Of a DNA stretch of 64,000 nt, positions 40,213-53,452 are shown one piece after another. The position numbers and the translations under genes are program-made. Origin of the DNA: Octopus sinensis (taxonomy: Eukaryota); assembly GCF_006345805.1 (NCBI RefSeq), contig NC_042997.1, positions 108,872,001 to 108,936,000 on the forward strand. The letters are read 5' to 3'. A model generated the notes under the pieces. The model worked only from the letters and a program-made list of their open reading frames with translations, did no database searches and was not told the origin of the DNA. Each line of letters starts with the position of its first letter. Position 1 is the first letter of the stretch.

Positions 40213-41761
40213 TCTATGTCTGTTCATAGAGTGACCAATGGTTTCGCATTCACAAAGGGCTTAGTCCTATGGACGGCTCGTAAAACTCTAAAGCTGAAAA
40301 GTAATGTAACTCTTCATCTCTTGGAGGCAGGAATCCGTTACGGTCAGTTGGTCTATAAGTCTCCAAAGAATAAACACTCCGTTCGGCGAGCACGAGTTAG
40401 CTCCCCTTAGACTAGTTCATCTAGGCCAAAAGAGGGGGAACATGGAATTTTACCTTGGGTTGCTTTTAGTTCGTAAGGACATTTTGGGGTTTAACAGGAG
40501 AACGGGGAATCCCATGCTTGCAGTATGTAACGTTTGAAATGGATACAGAGACTATAAATTTCCTTGTGAGTGTTCAGTGATTCAGGTTTTAGGGAGTCTT
40601 TGATGGTCCTTGCTCTCTTACCCATACAAAGCTTGCAGCCTCCACTCCCGTTAATGTATAGTATGGGGTCCATTCATCTTTGAGGCGTCATACATGGCTG
40701 GCCAGGAATGTGCCGAATCGTCTTTCCGACATTCTGAAAGAGGATCTGTGGTTATAGAGGCGCCGCTTGATGGCCGTCCCGGCTGACCTGATGTATTTCC
40801 AGGCTTGGGTGTTGGTTGTGCTCATATTTCTGGCGCATGTTCGTTTGGTTCCGGACTTGAAGATGTTGCCGCCGGCGTTGCTGGAGCTCTCATCAGTGCT
40901 ACTATCATTGCGAGGCGTAGGTTCGGTGATATTGCTGCGGATGTTGTCATTGTGGTGGTCAGCCCTGGCCGTGTCGTTGGCGCTACTGTCGCCGATGGTG
41001 ATTTGGGTTGCGGTTATTGATAATAATGGACGTGGGGCCGGTAGCTTCGCGGGTGCTACTGGTGCTGGCGTTGTTACGTCAGTGATGATGTTTCTGCCGC
41101 TGTCGCTACTGTCGTTGCTGTCGGTGTTGGCTGATCCGTTGCTGCTATTACTGTAGTCGTTAGGCCTGGGTATCACCACAACTTCATAGTTGACTTCCTC
41201 GGCCTCACATTCGCCTCTACTGAGCAGTCGTTGTAGACCCTGCAAGAGCAACCGGCCTCCTCCCGCATTTTATGGGTTTTAACTAATATACTTTTCATGT
41301 TCGGTGTGCAACTAAAGGAAATCTTTAGGTTGTTCCTATTTAACAAACGTCCGTATTCTTCCCGCACAAGTACTGACTTTGAGAGAGAAGGGTAGGGCAA
41401 ACCAAACGACGTTCCGGTGGCGCTTCCTTTTGTTGGAGATGAGGTTCTCAAACCCACTGGACACCAGTGCCACGTTGTAGTAGGGAGGGTGTCGTCAAAA
41501 ATTGCTTGACTTGAGGATAGATACGTGATCCTCTTCCTGGCACCCTTCACTACATTCTTGAACACGATTGGAGGGTGGCAGGAGGCTGCGTTTATGTAGG
41601 ACTATTCTTTGGTGACTTACTGACCAACTGACCGTAACAGATCCTTGCCTCCCATGATGAAGAGCTTCATTTGTCTTCGGTTTAAGAGTCTGACAAGCCG
41701 TCTAAGGCTCTAGGCCGTTTATGGATACAAAACCATTGGTCACTCTATGATCAGACATAGA
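40213..41761 (-). mobile_element. Naiad-type Penelope-like element, 5'-truncated, with inverted pLTRs
   Basis: Peptides YINAASCHPPIVFKN, NRNNLKISFSCTPNMKSI, CSCRVYNDC, VNYEV...KYIRS..IKRRLYNHRSSF, GCKLC and SLN..EI.S.CIH; 40213-40372 is an inverted copy of 41603-41761. Confidence 0.85.
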
Positions 41762-42018
41762 ATTTTAACTACATATCAACACATTATTGCTCTATGCTTT
41801 AGAGTGTGCTTGTTTCGGATATATGATACATTGATGATGATGATGATATATACATACAGCATGTAAAATCTTCTTAAGAAAATACGAAATTACAATAGTT
41901 TCAATGTCATGATTAGCGAAAACGAATCCGGTCGACAATCACAATAATCTTCCACTTATAAAATATATTAAAACTACGTAAATTGTGCATTTTCTCTTAC
42001 TTTTATTATTATTATTAT

Positions 42019-42088
<70 letters not shown>

Positions 42089-42218
42089 ATTTAATTGGAG
42101 GATTAAATTTGTAATAAAATTTTTGAGTTTTGAAACGGCTATAAGAATCGAAGATGACCAAATTGTTAATAATAAGTAAATAACTTCCTTATATCCACTT
42201 TTCCTTCTTTTAGCTGGA

Positions 42219-42292
<74 letters not shown>

Positions 42293-42335
42293 AATATAAA
42301 TGATATATATATATAAATATACATACATACATACA

Positions 42336-42371
<36 letters not shown>

Positions 42372-42495
42372 TACATATATACATATATATATACATACAT
42401 ACATATATATACATACATACTACATACATACATACATACATATATATATACATACATACATATATATATACATACATACATATATATATATATAC

Positions 42496-42555
<60 letters not shown>

Positions 42556-44189
42556 GTGTGGTGTGTGTTTGTGTGTGTGTATGTATTTATACGTCTCCAC
42601 AGTATCGTTGAGAAATATATAAACAGCATCTTCAAGTTCTTGTAATCTCGCTTCAGATTCAGTGTTAGGACCCAGGAAGACTGAACTGCGATGTTTGACA
42701 ATTTTCATTCTCGTTATCCAAATGGCTGTGACTGAAGCTTTTATTCTTATGTGGAAATCATGTCCTTAGACGCAGGAAAAATGCAAATAACTTAAAGCAG
42801 AAACACACATATATATATTCGTACAATTACGCACACACACACACCTACAGATGCATGTCTTTTTTTTTTTTTGTGTGTGTGTGTGTGTGCGTGTGTGTGT
42901 GTGTGCGTGTGTGCACGCCTTTACATAGTAAGTGTGTTGCTGAATTAACAGCCGTATGCAAGTTTATATTTTAAACTGACTGAATTTAGCCAAAGATTAA
43001 TATAAGACATCATGGACGATCTACAATGAAGGTGATACAGAATGTCTATAACATTATTCAAACTTCATATTAATTAATTTAGAAGCTGCTTTTAATTCAT
43101 TCTGTCACTGGAGACTCATTGAAAACTTTGTCATCTGGAAGCTCGCTTTGTTTGTTTGTTTGTTTCTTTCTTTCTTTCTTTTGTTCTCCCTATCTAAGCT
43201 GACTGCGTGGTGCATTTAACTCCAGTTTTGTTCATTAGCCAAATAGCCACCAGTGAGGGTAGGGGTAGGGCTACTTATCATTTATATGTGGTTGGCACAT
43301 ACTTTATGAAACATTGTTTCGAAGAATCTAATTCCGAATCTATTCTATAGAAATTCTATTTTATATAGTTTTGAAAAAGTCAAATAAAATGCCTGTTCTT
43401 CAGTATTTCATGATTCTCAGCTTTCTTTACATACTTTTGCGGGTGTATAAAATTTTGAGTAAAGATAAAAATTTAAGAAATGAATTAATGATTGTTCTTT
43501 TACTCATGTGACCAACTTAATTATGTAGAAATTTATAAACGGGGGAAAGATACAGGGACAAGCGATAAAATAACCAAAAATATAGAGATTTAGTTACGAG
43601 TGAATAGCATTTTGTGATAAAGTCACAAAGATGAAAGACACGGAATGTAGTTTAAGAATCACTGGACTAGAAGACTATGAAGAGAAAGTTTCTGCTTGGA
43701 ATACAACCTGTTCCAAAGTCAATAGTTCATTACATATCTTATAGGTGTATGACGACCTGTTGATCTTGGAATGGTCGCTGTATTGATTCTGTCTTTTGAG
43801 ACTTTCAACTCTTATTCATACACTTAGTTAACCATAATCGAGTCTCCATCACCCTTTCTCATAATAACTATTCATTTCTCTCTGTCTTTCTCCTCGTCTT
43901 TCTTATATTTCTCTTTCTCTCTCTTCCTCTCTTCGCTGTTTGCTTGATGTTTTTGACAAAGCAGAGTTTACATTTGTTCTTCAGCAAACATTATCTCTGC
44001 TGGAACATTTCCAAACTGCAACGCTCAACTTCTTAAAAGTTCTTTCAAACATGCAAAATTATAATTCTCCCGGTAAGATCACATTTACAGTTGATCATTA
44101 TAATAGTTATAGAATTCATATCTACGCTACCTCTCAAATGGTTTTCTACATCATAACTATCGGGTATTTTATTCCTGGATGAGTACACC

Positions 44190-44306
44190 GGCGCAGGTGT
44201 GGCTGTGCGTCAGAAGTTTGCTTCCCAACAGCATGGTTCTGTGTTCAGTCCCATTCTGTGTCACCTTGGCAAGCGTTTTCTACTATAGCTTCGGGCCGAC
44301 TAAAGC
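44190..44306 (+). mobile_element. SINE family A head fragment
   Basis: GGCGCAGGTGTGGCTGTG...TTCAGTCCC...CTATAGCTTCGGGCCGAC. Confidence 0.75.
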
Positions 44307-44593
44307 AACAACAACAACAACCTATTAGCCTCACGACATCCCTTTCATTTGTCATCCATACAATCTGTAAATGATCTGATGAGCTTTCTTTATTTGCATT
44401 GATTTACAATTATATTATATAAGGCCGACACATTCGTATTCTTGCAAACATGAAAGCATAAATTATTCTGCTCTAAAATTATTATTACACGAAGAAAGGC
44501 TGAGAAACGGCCGTAATCCTAAGGACGACAAAGTGGTTAAATAAATATATTCATCTCCTATATCTTCTGACATTTTATGGTTTATAGATATAA

Positions 44594-45331
44594 ATCATCA
44601 TCGTTCCACCAACCTATGGCTGGTCGGAACTCCATTGACAATCCCTTTCCACACTACACGGCCCTGAATTGCTGTGTTCAGATCTCTAATATTCAGCCCT
44701 GAGTCGTCCCGTGATATAGGATCTGAAAATGTCATTTTTCTGGAGAAAACACTTCCAGAGAGATGCCATAGGATCAGGAATGAGATAACCTCTTTCTCTG
44801 CTTGATGACAGTGGCCAGCAAATTGTAGCCGTTTCTGCTTTGGCTTGAGGCATATCGGTATCAGATTTCCATAGATGTTACTAAGTGTTGGGTGTGATCT
44901 CCGACTGATGTTCTTTATCCTTCAGAGCAGGGTGGTATATGTTCCGTCTTGTTGCTTTTCTAAGAGAGCCAAATAGGTCCAGGTCTCTGATCCATAGAGA
45001 AGGACTAGCTCTGTCAGTGTTCTAAATATCTTAACTTTTAACGTCGGTGGAAGACTTGAGTGCCAGATCTTATCAATTCTGTTACATGCATCCCAAGCAA
45101 GAGCTTTGCGGATACAAATGTCGTTTTGGGAGTCTACTATGTGTGATCATGATATTTGAAGTCGTCAATGTTTTTGATTGATATATTATTGGAGGAGGTC
45201 GTGATAAACTCTGTCTTACTCTCGCTGCAGTAAAGGCTGACCTGGTTTGCTACTTTCTCCAGTGCTTGTAACAAAGATTCTGCATCTTTAATACAATAGG
45301 ATATCAACGCAAGTACTGTGCACAATGCCAA
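44594..45331 (-). mobile_element. RTE-clade LINE 3' fragment
   Basis: Peptides AESLLQALEKVA, IDDFKY, ICIRKALAWDAC..IDKIW and LLYGSETWT; short (GAT)n tail at 44594. Confidence 0.7.
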
Positions 45332-45512
45332 CAGCTCTGGCGGGGTTTCAAAAGGAGTTCCTTTTCCTCTATATTAGGGAAATGCGTAGCACATTGTCAA
45401 GAACAATCATGAACAAGAAAAGAGCGAGTGTATCACCATCGCCATCATGTCGTCGACGTCGCCCTTATCATTGTCATCATTCATCGCCATCATTATTATT
45501 ATCATGCAGTTC

Positions 45513-45554
<42 letters not shown>

Positions 45555-45691
45555 CTCTCATTGTCATTGTTTATTTGGTGGTGATGACACCGCTTGCATA
45601 TATGTATGTATATATAACAAATTACAAAGGTGGCTTATTAGCAATTAGAATCTGACGGCAAAATTATATATATATATATATAATATATATA

Positions 45692-45737
<46 letters not shown>

Positions 45738-46029
45738 ATATATATATATATATATAAGAAATATGTTACGAAAAGAAATATAAAATACACGTGGAAATTT
45801 AAGGGTAAAATATGAAAAATCGACGAAAATGCATATTGCAAATAGAAAAAGGCTATTTATGACAGGTAGCGACAAATATATACGTTTAGATTGACTGAGG
45901 TAGTAATACGAGTCATAAAGATCATTATTATGAGATGATTGTAAGATGATAATAAAGTCAGAGAACAAAACGAACGAATAGTTTACGCGAAGCTATTCAT
46001 CGTTTGAACAACACCGGTTAATATATATA

Positions 46030-46394
46030 TATATATATAGGAAAAACAGAAGTTGAAAATGCACTGAGAATAGTTAAAATTATGTTTTATTAATACATTT
46101 AAAGCTTTAACCGGTTTCACAGTTTACACTGAATTTCAAAAAGTTCCAACAGAAGGACGTGGCTTATGTCGCAATTGTCTTACTTCTGACTAGTGTTTGA
46201 AGTTTGACCTGTTTTTATAGGGAGTTCATGGTTCAGATTAATATATGTTTTGAATAGGATTTGATTGGTGGAGAATAGTCACATGATTGGTCATAGAAAA
46301 TGTTTGTAGGTTCCCCGCTACGACCGTGTGTTATCATCAAGTGACGATGTTTGGCGTCGTAAGTTAAGGCTGACACGGTTGACTGAAAAAGTCA

Positions 46395-46396
<2 letters not shown>
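46030..46396 (-). mobile_element. Possible non-autonomous PLE-type end with a very degenerate hammerhead-like motif
   Basis: Minus CAG-TGTAAA-CTG-T-GAAA-CCGG-TT-AAAG at 46104-46144; 3' end abuts (TA)n; core only 4/7. Confidence 0.3.
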
Positions 46397-46428
<32 letters not shown>

Positions 46429-46581
46429 TATATATATCTGTATATGTGTGTGTGTGTTGTGTGTGTCTGTGTGTGTGTGTGGTGTTTCAGTGCGTGTGTA
46501 TATATATATATATATGTATGTATGTATATACGTATATATATATATATATAATTATATATATATTATATATATTATATATAT

Positions 46582-46827
46582 ATTATATAATTAGGGCTTA
46601 GTAAAATAAATTACTTTGCCACATACTGAACTTAGTAGAAATAGCAGCCAAAAAAAATTTTTTTAGCCATTTCTACTACTTAAAGAAAATTTCTCTCAGA
46701 AATTTCTCTCTGAGAGAAGTTTTCTTTAAGTAGTAGAAATGGCTAAAAAAATTTTTTTTGGCTGCTATTTCTACTAAGTTCAGTATGTGGCAAAGTAATT
46801 TATTTTACTAAGCCCTAATTATATAAT
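46582..46827. repeat. 246-bp near-perfect palindrome (fold-back / MITE-like)
   Basis: Arms 46582-46700 and 46709-46827 (119 bp) pair with a single G-T mismatch; 8-nt loop. Confidence 0.95.
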
Positions 46828-46931
46828 GTAATATTTTGAATTCGCCTTAAATGGTCCTTTTACATACTGAACACACTTGGTGAAATTGATTAATTAATTT
46901 TACCCTCAATTGTTGATATATATATATATAT

Positions 46932-47009
<78 letters not shown>

Positions 47010-47859
47010 ATATATGTATATATATATATATATATGTATATATTATGTATATGGGGAATGTCGTTTGAGGTTAGGCTCTGATGATGAAAATATCACAAAT
47101 ATTATGATTATTAAAATTTAAATATTTCAAAAAGTAAAAAGCAAATTGCAACTTCTGGAAGTCTGGAAGTAACTTTAGACAGTCTTATGCTCTGGTACTA
47201 ACTTCTGGCGCTGTTATATTCTAACGTTCAAATAGTCTAATATATTTTGATACCATTTTCATATGGTGCTAACTTCTGCCGACTTTGTATTTAATGTTCC
47301 AAAGTTCTCTTTCTAAGATTTTCGCACTAAATTCTTACAAAACTTTACCATTATTTCATTCAATGAACTTCCTGAGTTCAGTCAACTTTGAACAACATAA
47401 CAAAAATTCTTATTTAATTCAATTTTTACCGAAAACAAATATTTATAATATCATTGATATGCAATTCTTGGCAGTAACAGCGTCGACTTTATGGTAGAAA
47501 TGACATCTGTTATTCAATATTGTTGTTGCTTAGCTCCAGGCCAACCTTTACCAAGCACAACAACGATGAGAACTGTTTCACCCGTCACACTTCCAGCATT
47601 TAAAAACAAAATCAAACAATGAACAACATTATCAAGGGTGTACTTCTTTTTTAGGCGGTAGAGGTGAACTTAGCTGCAGGTTCTAGCAATTCGTATTTCT
47701 GGCTCTTGGATCTTGGTCAAACGTTTAGACATGGCGGATCAGTGCCAAGGAACTTAGCAAGCGGCGCCATCACTACCAAATAAACAATGATAATTATGGC
47801 GATGAATGGTGACAATGGTAAAGACGACGGCGACGACATGGCGGCGATGGTGACGGTGA

Positions 47860-47940
47860 TGGTTGTAACGTTGCCGATGAGGACAGTGACGACGACGGCA
47901 ACGACGATGGCAGTGACGATGGTAATGATGATGATGATGG

Positions 47941-47971
<31 letters not shown>

Positions 47972-48167
47972 GATAGTGATGATAGTGGTGATAGTGGTGG
48001 TGGGGATCATCACGACGTTGACGACGACGACTAGGATGACGATGATGACGTTGATGATTATGATGATGATGATGACGATGATTATGACAATGGTGATGAC
48101 GATGATGATGATTATGGCGATGACGATAATAATGGCGACGACAAGGAAGACGACGACAACGACGACG

Positions 48168-48206
<39 letters not shown>

Positions 48207-48361
48207 GCGGCGACGATGATGATGAGTGTAATAATACGAAGTGATATCGATGGGAATAAAAATTCTGAAAAAGCAGTGGGAGTCTGTAAGAGCGGCATCG
48301 ATGTTGATGATAGTTGATGATGTCAGCATTAGCAATAGCAGTTGTAGCAGTGGTGGTGCTG

Positions 48362-48403
<42 letters not shown>

Positions 48404-48470
48404 TAGTAGTGGTGGTGGTGGTGGTTGTGGTGGTGATGGTGGTGTTGGTGGTGGTGGTGGTGGTAAGCTG
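47860..48470. repeat. Mosaic trinucleotide tract (GAT/GAC/GGT/AGT)
   Basis: Directly visible; gives the poly-M, poly-H and poly-I ORFs. Confidence 0.9.
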
Positions 48471-48782
48471 TAAGCTCTGGTCATTATTGCATTAGGGTCC
48501 TGAAAGAGTATTCAACTGAGGAAATGTCCAAAGTATTCTATGAATATAATATTTCGGTTTATTATGGCAAAACTGTTTAATAAAAAAATAAAATAAAATA
48601 GAATAAAACTCCTGAAAGAAATCAATACCCAACGCCTGTTGCTTTTTACACGGCAGAATTACCATCGTTGGGTTCCTTATTCCTCCCCACTCTGTTAAAT
48701 ATCTGGAGGGCTTCTAATTCTGTTGAGCTCCGTCTGGTCTGTATAGAATAACCAGCAGTTGTTAGAATAGAATACACAAAAC

Positions 48783-48832
<50 letters not shown>

Positions 48833-49685
48833 TAATAATAATAAAGAAAGCACACACACTCACACACCCCCAGAAAACCACACGGTGACTGCATAAGCAA
48901 AGCCAAACAGACGGATTAGCAGCGAAATAAACTCTGGATATTTGTACAGCAATTGACTCGTAAGACGAGTCCAATTATCCCATGTATACAGGAAAGAAGA
49001 AAAGAAAGACGTAAAGAAAGAAATAGGGAAAGAAGGGAGGAGAGAGAGAGGGGATAATGAATGAAGCAGAGGAAGAAAGAGAAAGAGAGAGAGAAAAATC
49101 ATTAAAAATCTATTCAGAACCGTCTAGAAAGAGCTCCACTCCGAGATATCGGACAAACAAGCCTCTTTTGTAGTCAGTCAGCGTGTAACAATTCATTCTT
49201 TAAACAGTTTATTACGCACATCAAGTCACTCGCATGTTGAAGAATTGATGTGAAAAATTGCCATGTTGTCGGTGGAGTGGAGGAACTTGTATTAGTACGG
49301 CTTAATTAGTTTTGCTTTAAATCAAGACAGTTTACACACATACACATCCACACATACACAAACACACACACACACACACACACGACAAAGTGATGAAGGT
49401 ATGTATGTGTGTGATTGCGTGTATGTGTATATATATATATATATTAATATATATATAATATATATATATATATGTATGTGTGTGTGTATGTATATATGTG
49501 TGTATGCATAATGCACTTTTGACATCAACATTGATATGATTCTCTTACTGTATTTTCCAAGAGAAACGGAGAATTCCCTGAGAAATATCCATACACCAAT
49601 TGTTTCCGGTTATTTTTTCACGGTTTTCTTTTCTTTATAATTTTTCCTGCAAACAGAATTATTGGAAAATGAACGGAAGTTTATA

Positions 49686-49724
<39 letters not shown>

Positions 49725-49853
49725 AACACACAAAATATACAGGCACGGGCATGTCTATACACACACACACACACGCACACACACGCACACACACGCACAG
49801 ACACATATATATATATATACATGTATGTATGTATATACACACATAAGATAAAT

Positions 49854-50087
49854 GGGTGCTGGTATGGCTAAGTAGTTAAGAAGCTCGTTTTGCAACCAAA
49901 TATTTTTGGGTTGAGTCCCACTACGTAGCACCTTGGACCGGTCAATGCCTTGTGAATAAATTTGGTAAGTGGAAATTGTGTGGAAGCCCGTCGTGTAATA
50001 CACTCACACATACATTTTCACATATATATTAGTGTGCGTGTTTGTGTTTGTCTTTCTCATCCCCATCATCCGACAACCTAGCGGTTC
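49854..50087 (+). mobile_element. Diverged SINE family A-related copy
   Basis: GGTATGGCTAAGTAGTTAAG head, GGGTTGAGTCCCAC B box and TGTGTGGAAGCCCGTCG body. Confidence 0.65.
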
Positions 50088-50089
50088 GT

Positions 50090-50800
50090 CAAAATTATGC
50101 ATGGGTATGTTTCTTGGAGTCTTCAAGAGGCGATTAATATCGTCATGAAGTGATCACTTCATCACACTTTGAAGGTTTTGCAGTTGCAATCCACGAGCAG
50201 GAAACAATTAAAACAAATAATTCCTAATCAATAAAAGAAACAGTGAACCCCTTGAATATTGAACAGATACATAAACATCAACACAAAGACTATTGGTGGA
50301 ACATTCCCATCAAAACTTTTATCAAGTGCAAGCATAACAGACTGGACATTGTTGTTTGGGACTGAGAAAAAAGAGCTTATACTGTCGGAGAGGTCTGCTG
50401 CTCTGTTAATATGAACATCTCTTCGAAAATCAAAGAAAGACAAGAACTAAGGGCTATTGCTTCGGAATCTTCAGTTTCTATACCCAGATTATAAATTCAT
50501 ATTTATACCAATAACAGTTGGAGCACTTGGTTATATAAATGCCTAAAGTGACAATCCAGAAAACCTAGGGCTTTCAGAGAGATCAACCAGCTAATTCGCT
50601 CATTCCAAATTCAGCCTGTAAGTGGAACAGTAAGAATATAGACAGCACTTTACTCGAGTTCAAAATTTAACATTGTTCTGTTATTTACATTCTAATGATG
50701 GAGCTTTGTGTCTTTGATAAAAAAAAAACCAGCTTCTTGCTTATAGGAAGATATCAAATAATTAAAAACAGAAGTGAATATACATTCAATTTCAAACATA
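50090..50800 (+). mobile_element. RLE-domain fragment of non-LTR family X-related element
   Basis: DYWWNIPIKT..KCKHNRLDIVVWD..EV.C and LLRNLQFLYPDYKFIFIPITVGALGY; ends in CATACATACAT. Confidence 0.7.
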
Positions 50801-50818
50801 CATACATGCATGCATAGC

Positions 50819-50884
<66 letters not shown>

Positions 50885-50974
50885 TATAGATACAGATAGA
50901 TATACATACGTATATAAGTGTATATATGCATATTTACATACATAGAATGTCATCCACAGGTACATATAAAGAAC

Positions 50975-51450
50975 AACCGTGAACCTGTGCAAATCCGTAC
51001 AAACAATATTGGTGGAACATTCCCATCAAAACTTCTACAAAATCCTGAAAGTTATTTGGGAGTGAGTATAAAAGTATATAAGTATTATACAGCCAAAAGG
51101 AGTAAGAATGAGAACATCTATGGACAAGTGCTCCGAAACATGCAGACTCTCTACCCGGATTAGAAATTTATACTCAAAGCAATAATTATTGGCATACCCC
51201 GTTATGTTAGTAAACGTTTCAGTGGCAATCTAGGGAAGCTAGAATTTTCAATAATTGAACGAGGCCGGCCAACGCGAACTTTACGGATATAATCTGTGCA
51301 TGGAATAATAAAAATGCGCAAGACCCTAAAGTTTGATGATGTAAAAGAAAGTTGTTAGATGAGGCTTTTTTTTTTCTCGTTAGAATCCAGTCCCTTCATT
51401 CTGCAGGAAATACTAATAAATGGAAATAATAAAACGAACATAGGAACATA
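50975..51450 (+). mobile_element. Second, deleted family X-related RLE fragment
   Basis: Shares ATTGGTGGAACATTCCCATCAAAACTT with 50290-50316; ENIYGQVLRNMQTLYPD motif. Confidence 0.6.
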
Positions 51451-51601
51451 CATTCGTACATAAATATATACGTATATACGTGTTTAAATGAATAGACATG
51501 TATTCATACTTAGCTAAATTTATATAAATAATACATAATGAATACATAACATCCACGCATACATATACACATACTGCTATATACACACACATATGCATAT
51601 A

Positions 51602-51651
<50 letters not shown>

Positions 51652-51875
51652 GTGTATATATAATATATATGTGTGTCTGTGTGTGTATATATATATGTAT
51701 GTATGTATATATATATATGTATATATAATATATATGTGTGTCTGTGTGTGTATATATATGTATGTATGTATATATATATATATATATATGTATGTATATA
51801 TAATATATATGTGTGTTTGTGTGTGTATATATATGTATGTATGTATATATATATGTATATATAATATATATGTGC
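51652..51875. repeat. ~60-68-bp minisatellite built from microsatellite modules
   Basis: Unit GTATATATAATATATATGTGTGT(C/T)TGTGTGTG(TA)nTGTATGTATG(TA)n repeated about 3.5 times. Confidence 0.75.
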
Positions 51876-52223
51876 GTATATATATATATATATATGAACG
51901 CACATACACGCCCATATATATTTATATGTATGTACATACGTGCGCGGCGATGGTAATTTGAACAGCTGAAAGGCGGACTGTTTGTATGAGTCCATGGTTG
52001 TGTACATAAGTTGCCCGGCGCTGAATATACATACACACGCACACACACACACATACATAAATACACAATCACGTGTGTGTGTGTGTGTGTGTATTAGTAT
52101 TTGACGTTAGAAACCAATGAAGTGTTAAATTAAACTGTTATCATATTTTGATGATAGTCTTTGTTTTGTTCCACACCGAACCAACTTATTAATATACGAT
52201 AACTAGCAAGATATTGGCCTCTA

Positions 52224-52231
52224 TCATCACT

Positions 52232-52275
<44 letters not shown>

Positions 52276-52358
52276 TATGATTATTACTATTACTATTATT
52301 ATTAGCATTATTGGTGGTGTTGCTATTATTATTATTATTATTATCATATTTATTATTA

Positions 52359-52416
<58 letters not shown>

Positions 52417-52507
52417 GTTGTTGTTGTTGTTATTGTTGTTATTAATATTATTATCATTATTATTATTATCATCATTATCATTATTATTGTTATTATTATC
52501 ATTATTA

Positions 52508-52539
<32 letters not shown>

Positions 52540-52620
52540 CATTATCGTTGTTGTTGTTGTTGTTCTTGTTATTATTACTGTTATCATTGTTGTTGTTGCT
52601 ATTAACGTATGATGATGTTG
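52224..52620. repeat. (ATC)n/(ATT)n/(GTT)n trinucleotide tract
   Basis: Directly visible. Confidence 0.9.
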
Positions 52621-53150
52621 ATGATGACAATGATGATAATTTGCCGTAATGACGATTATGCTGCTGTTTCTGTTGATGATGATGATGATGCTGATGACGA
52701 TGCTGATGTTTTTTCCACGTGATGTGTATATCAACTCCGGTTATTTTAATCACAGAGATCATATTGCCAATAACGGCCATATTAACTGTGATGGTTTTTC
52801 TACTTCAAACGAAACGAACGTATATTTAATAGGCCACCCAATCAGAGAGGTGCGGATCGATTAACAGTTAGTATAGAAATATTTAAATACACGTTGATCG
52901 AATAATGTTGATTTAACCAGCTATTTTATGTCTTTGTAAACAGTAAATATGGCCGCAGCCGGAACATTATCAATGTAGTTTACACTTGTACACAAAATCT
53001 GAACAAGGAGACTTAATACTGATAAGTAAGATTTCTAATTTATTTGCCACAAGAGCAACAGATGAAGGGACATTACGAGAAAATTCATACGAATATTTAC
53101 GGTTTATGCAGAATCGATTACGGAAAGCAAAATAAATATAAAAAAAGCAA

Positions 53151-53310
53151 CAGGAATGGCTGTGTGGTAAGTAGCTTGCTTACCAGCCACATGGTTTCGG
53201 GTTCAGTCCCACTGCGTGGCACCTTGGGCAAGTGTCTCTTATTATAGCCTCGGGCCGACCAAAGCCTTGTGAGTGAGTGGATTTGGTAGACGGAAACTGA
53301 AAGAAGCCTG

Positions 53311-53312
<2 letters not shown>
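53151..53312 (+). mobile_element. SINE family A, 5' half; 3' half absent
   Basis: Head and body up to GAAAGAAGCCTGTC, then (TA)n(TATG)n abutting the PLE 3' end. Confidence 0.85.
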
Positions 53313-53354
<42 letters not shown>

Positions 53355-53452
53355 TGTGTATGTATGTATGTATGTATGTATGTATGTATGTATGTATGAT
53401 GTATGTAATGCATGTATGTATGTATGTATGTATGTATGTATATGTATGTATA

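Noticed and set aside
40688-40690. In-frame TGA in the Naiad EN as possible selenocysteine (some Naiads are reported to encode selenoproteins)
   Set aside because: It falls where Trp is expected (SHVW.LK), so TGG to TGA decay is simpler; the copy has other lesions and I recognised no SECIS.
47717-48335. 193-aa His-rich and Met/Asp-rich ORFs suggesting a metal-binding protein
   Set aside because: They coincide with a GAT/GAC/GGT mosaic that is open in several frames; no splice or start context.
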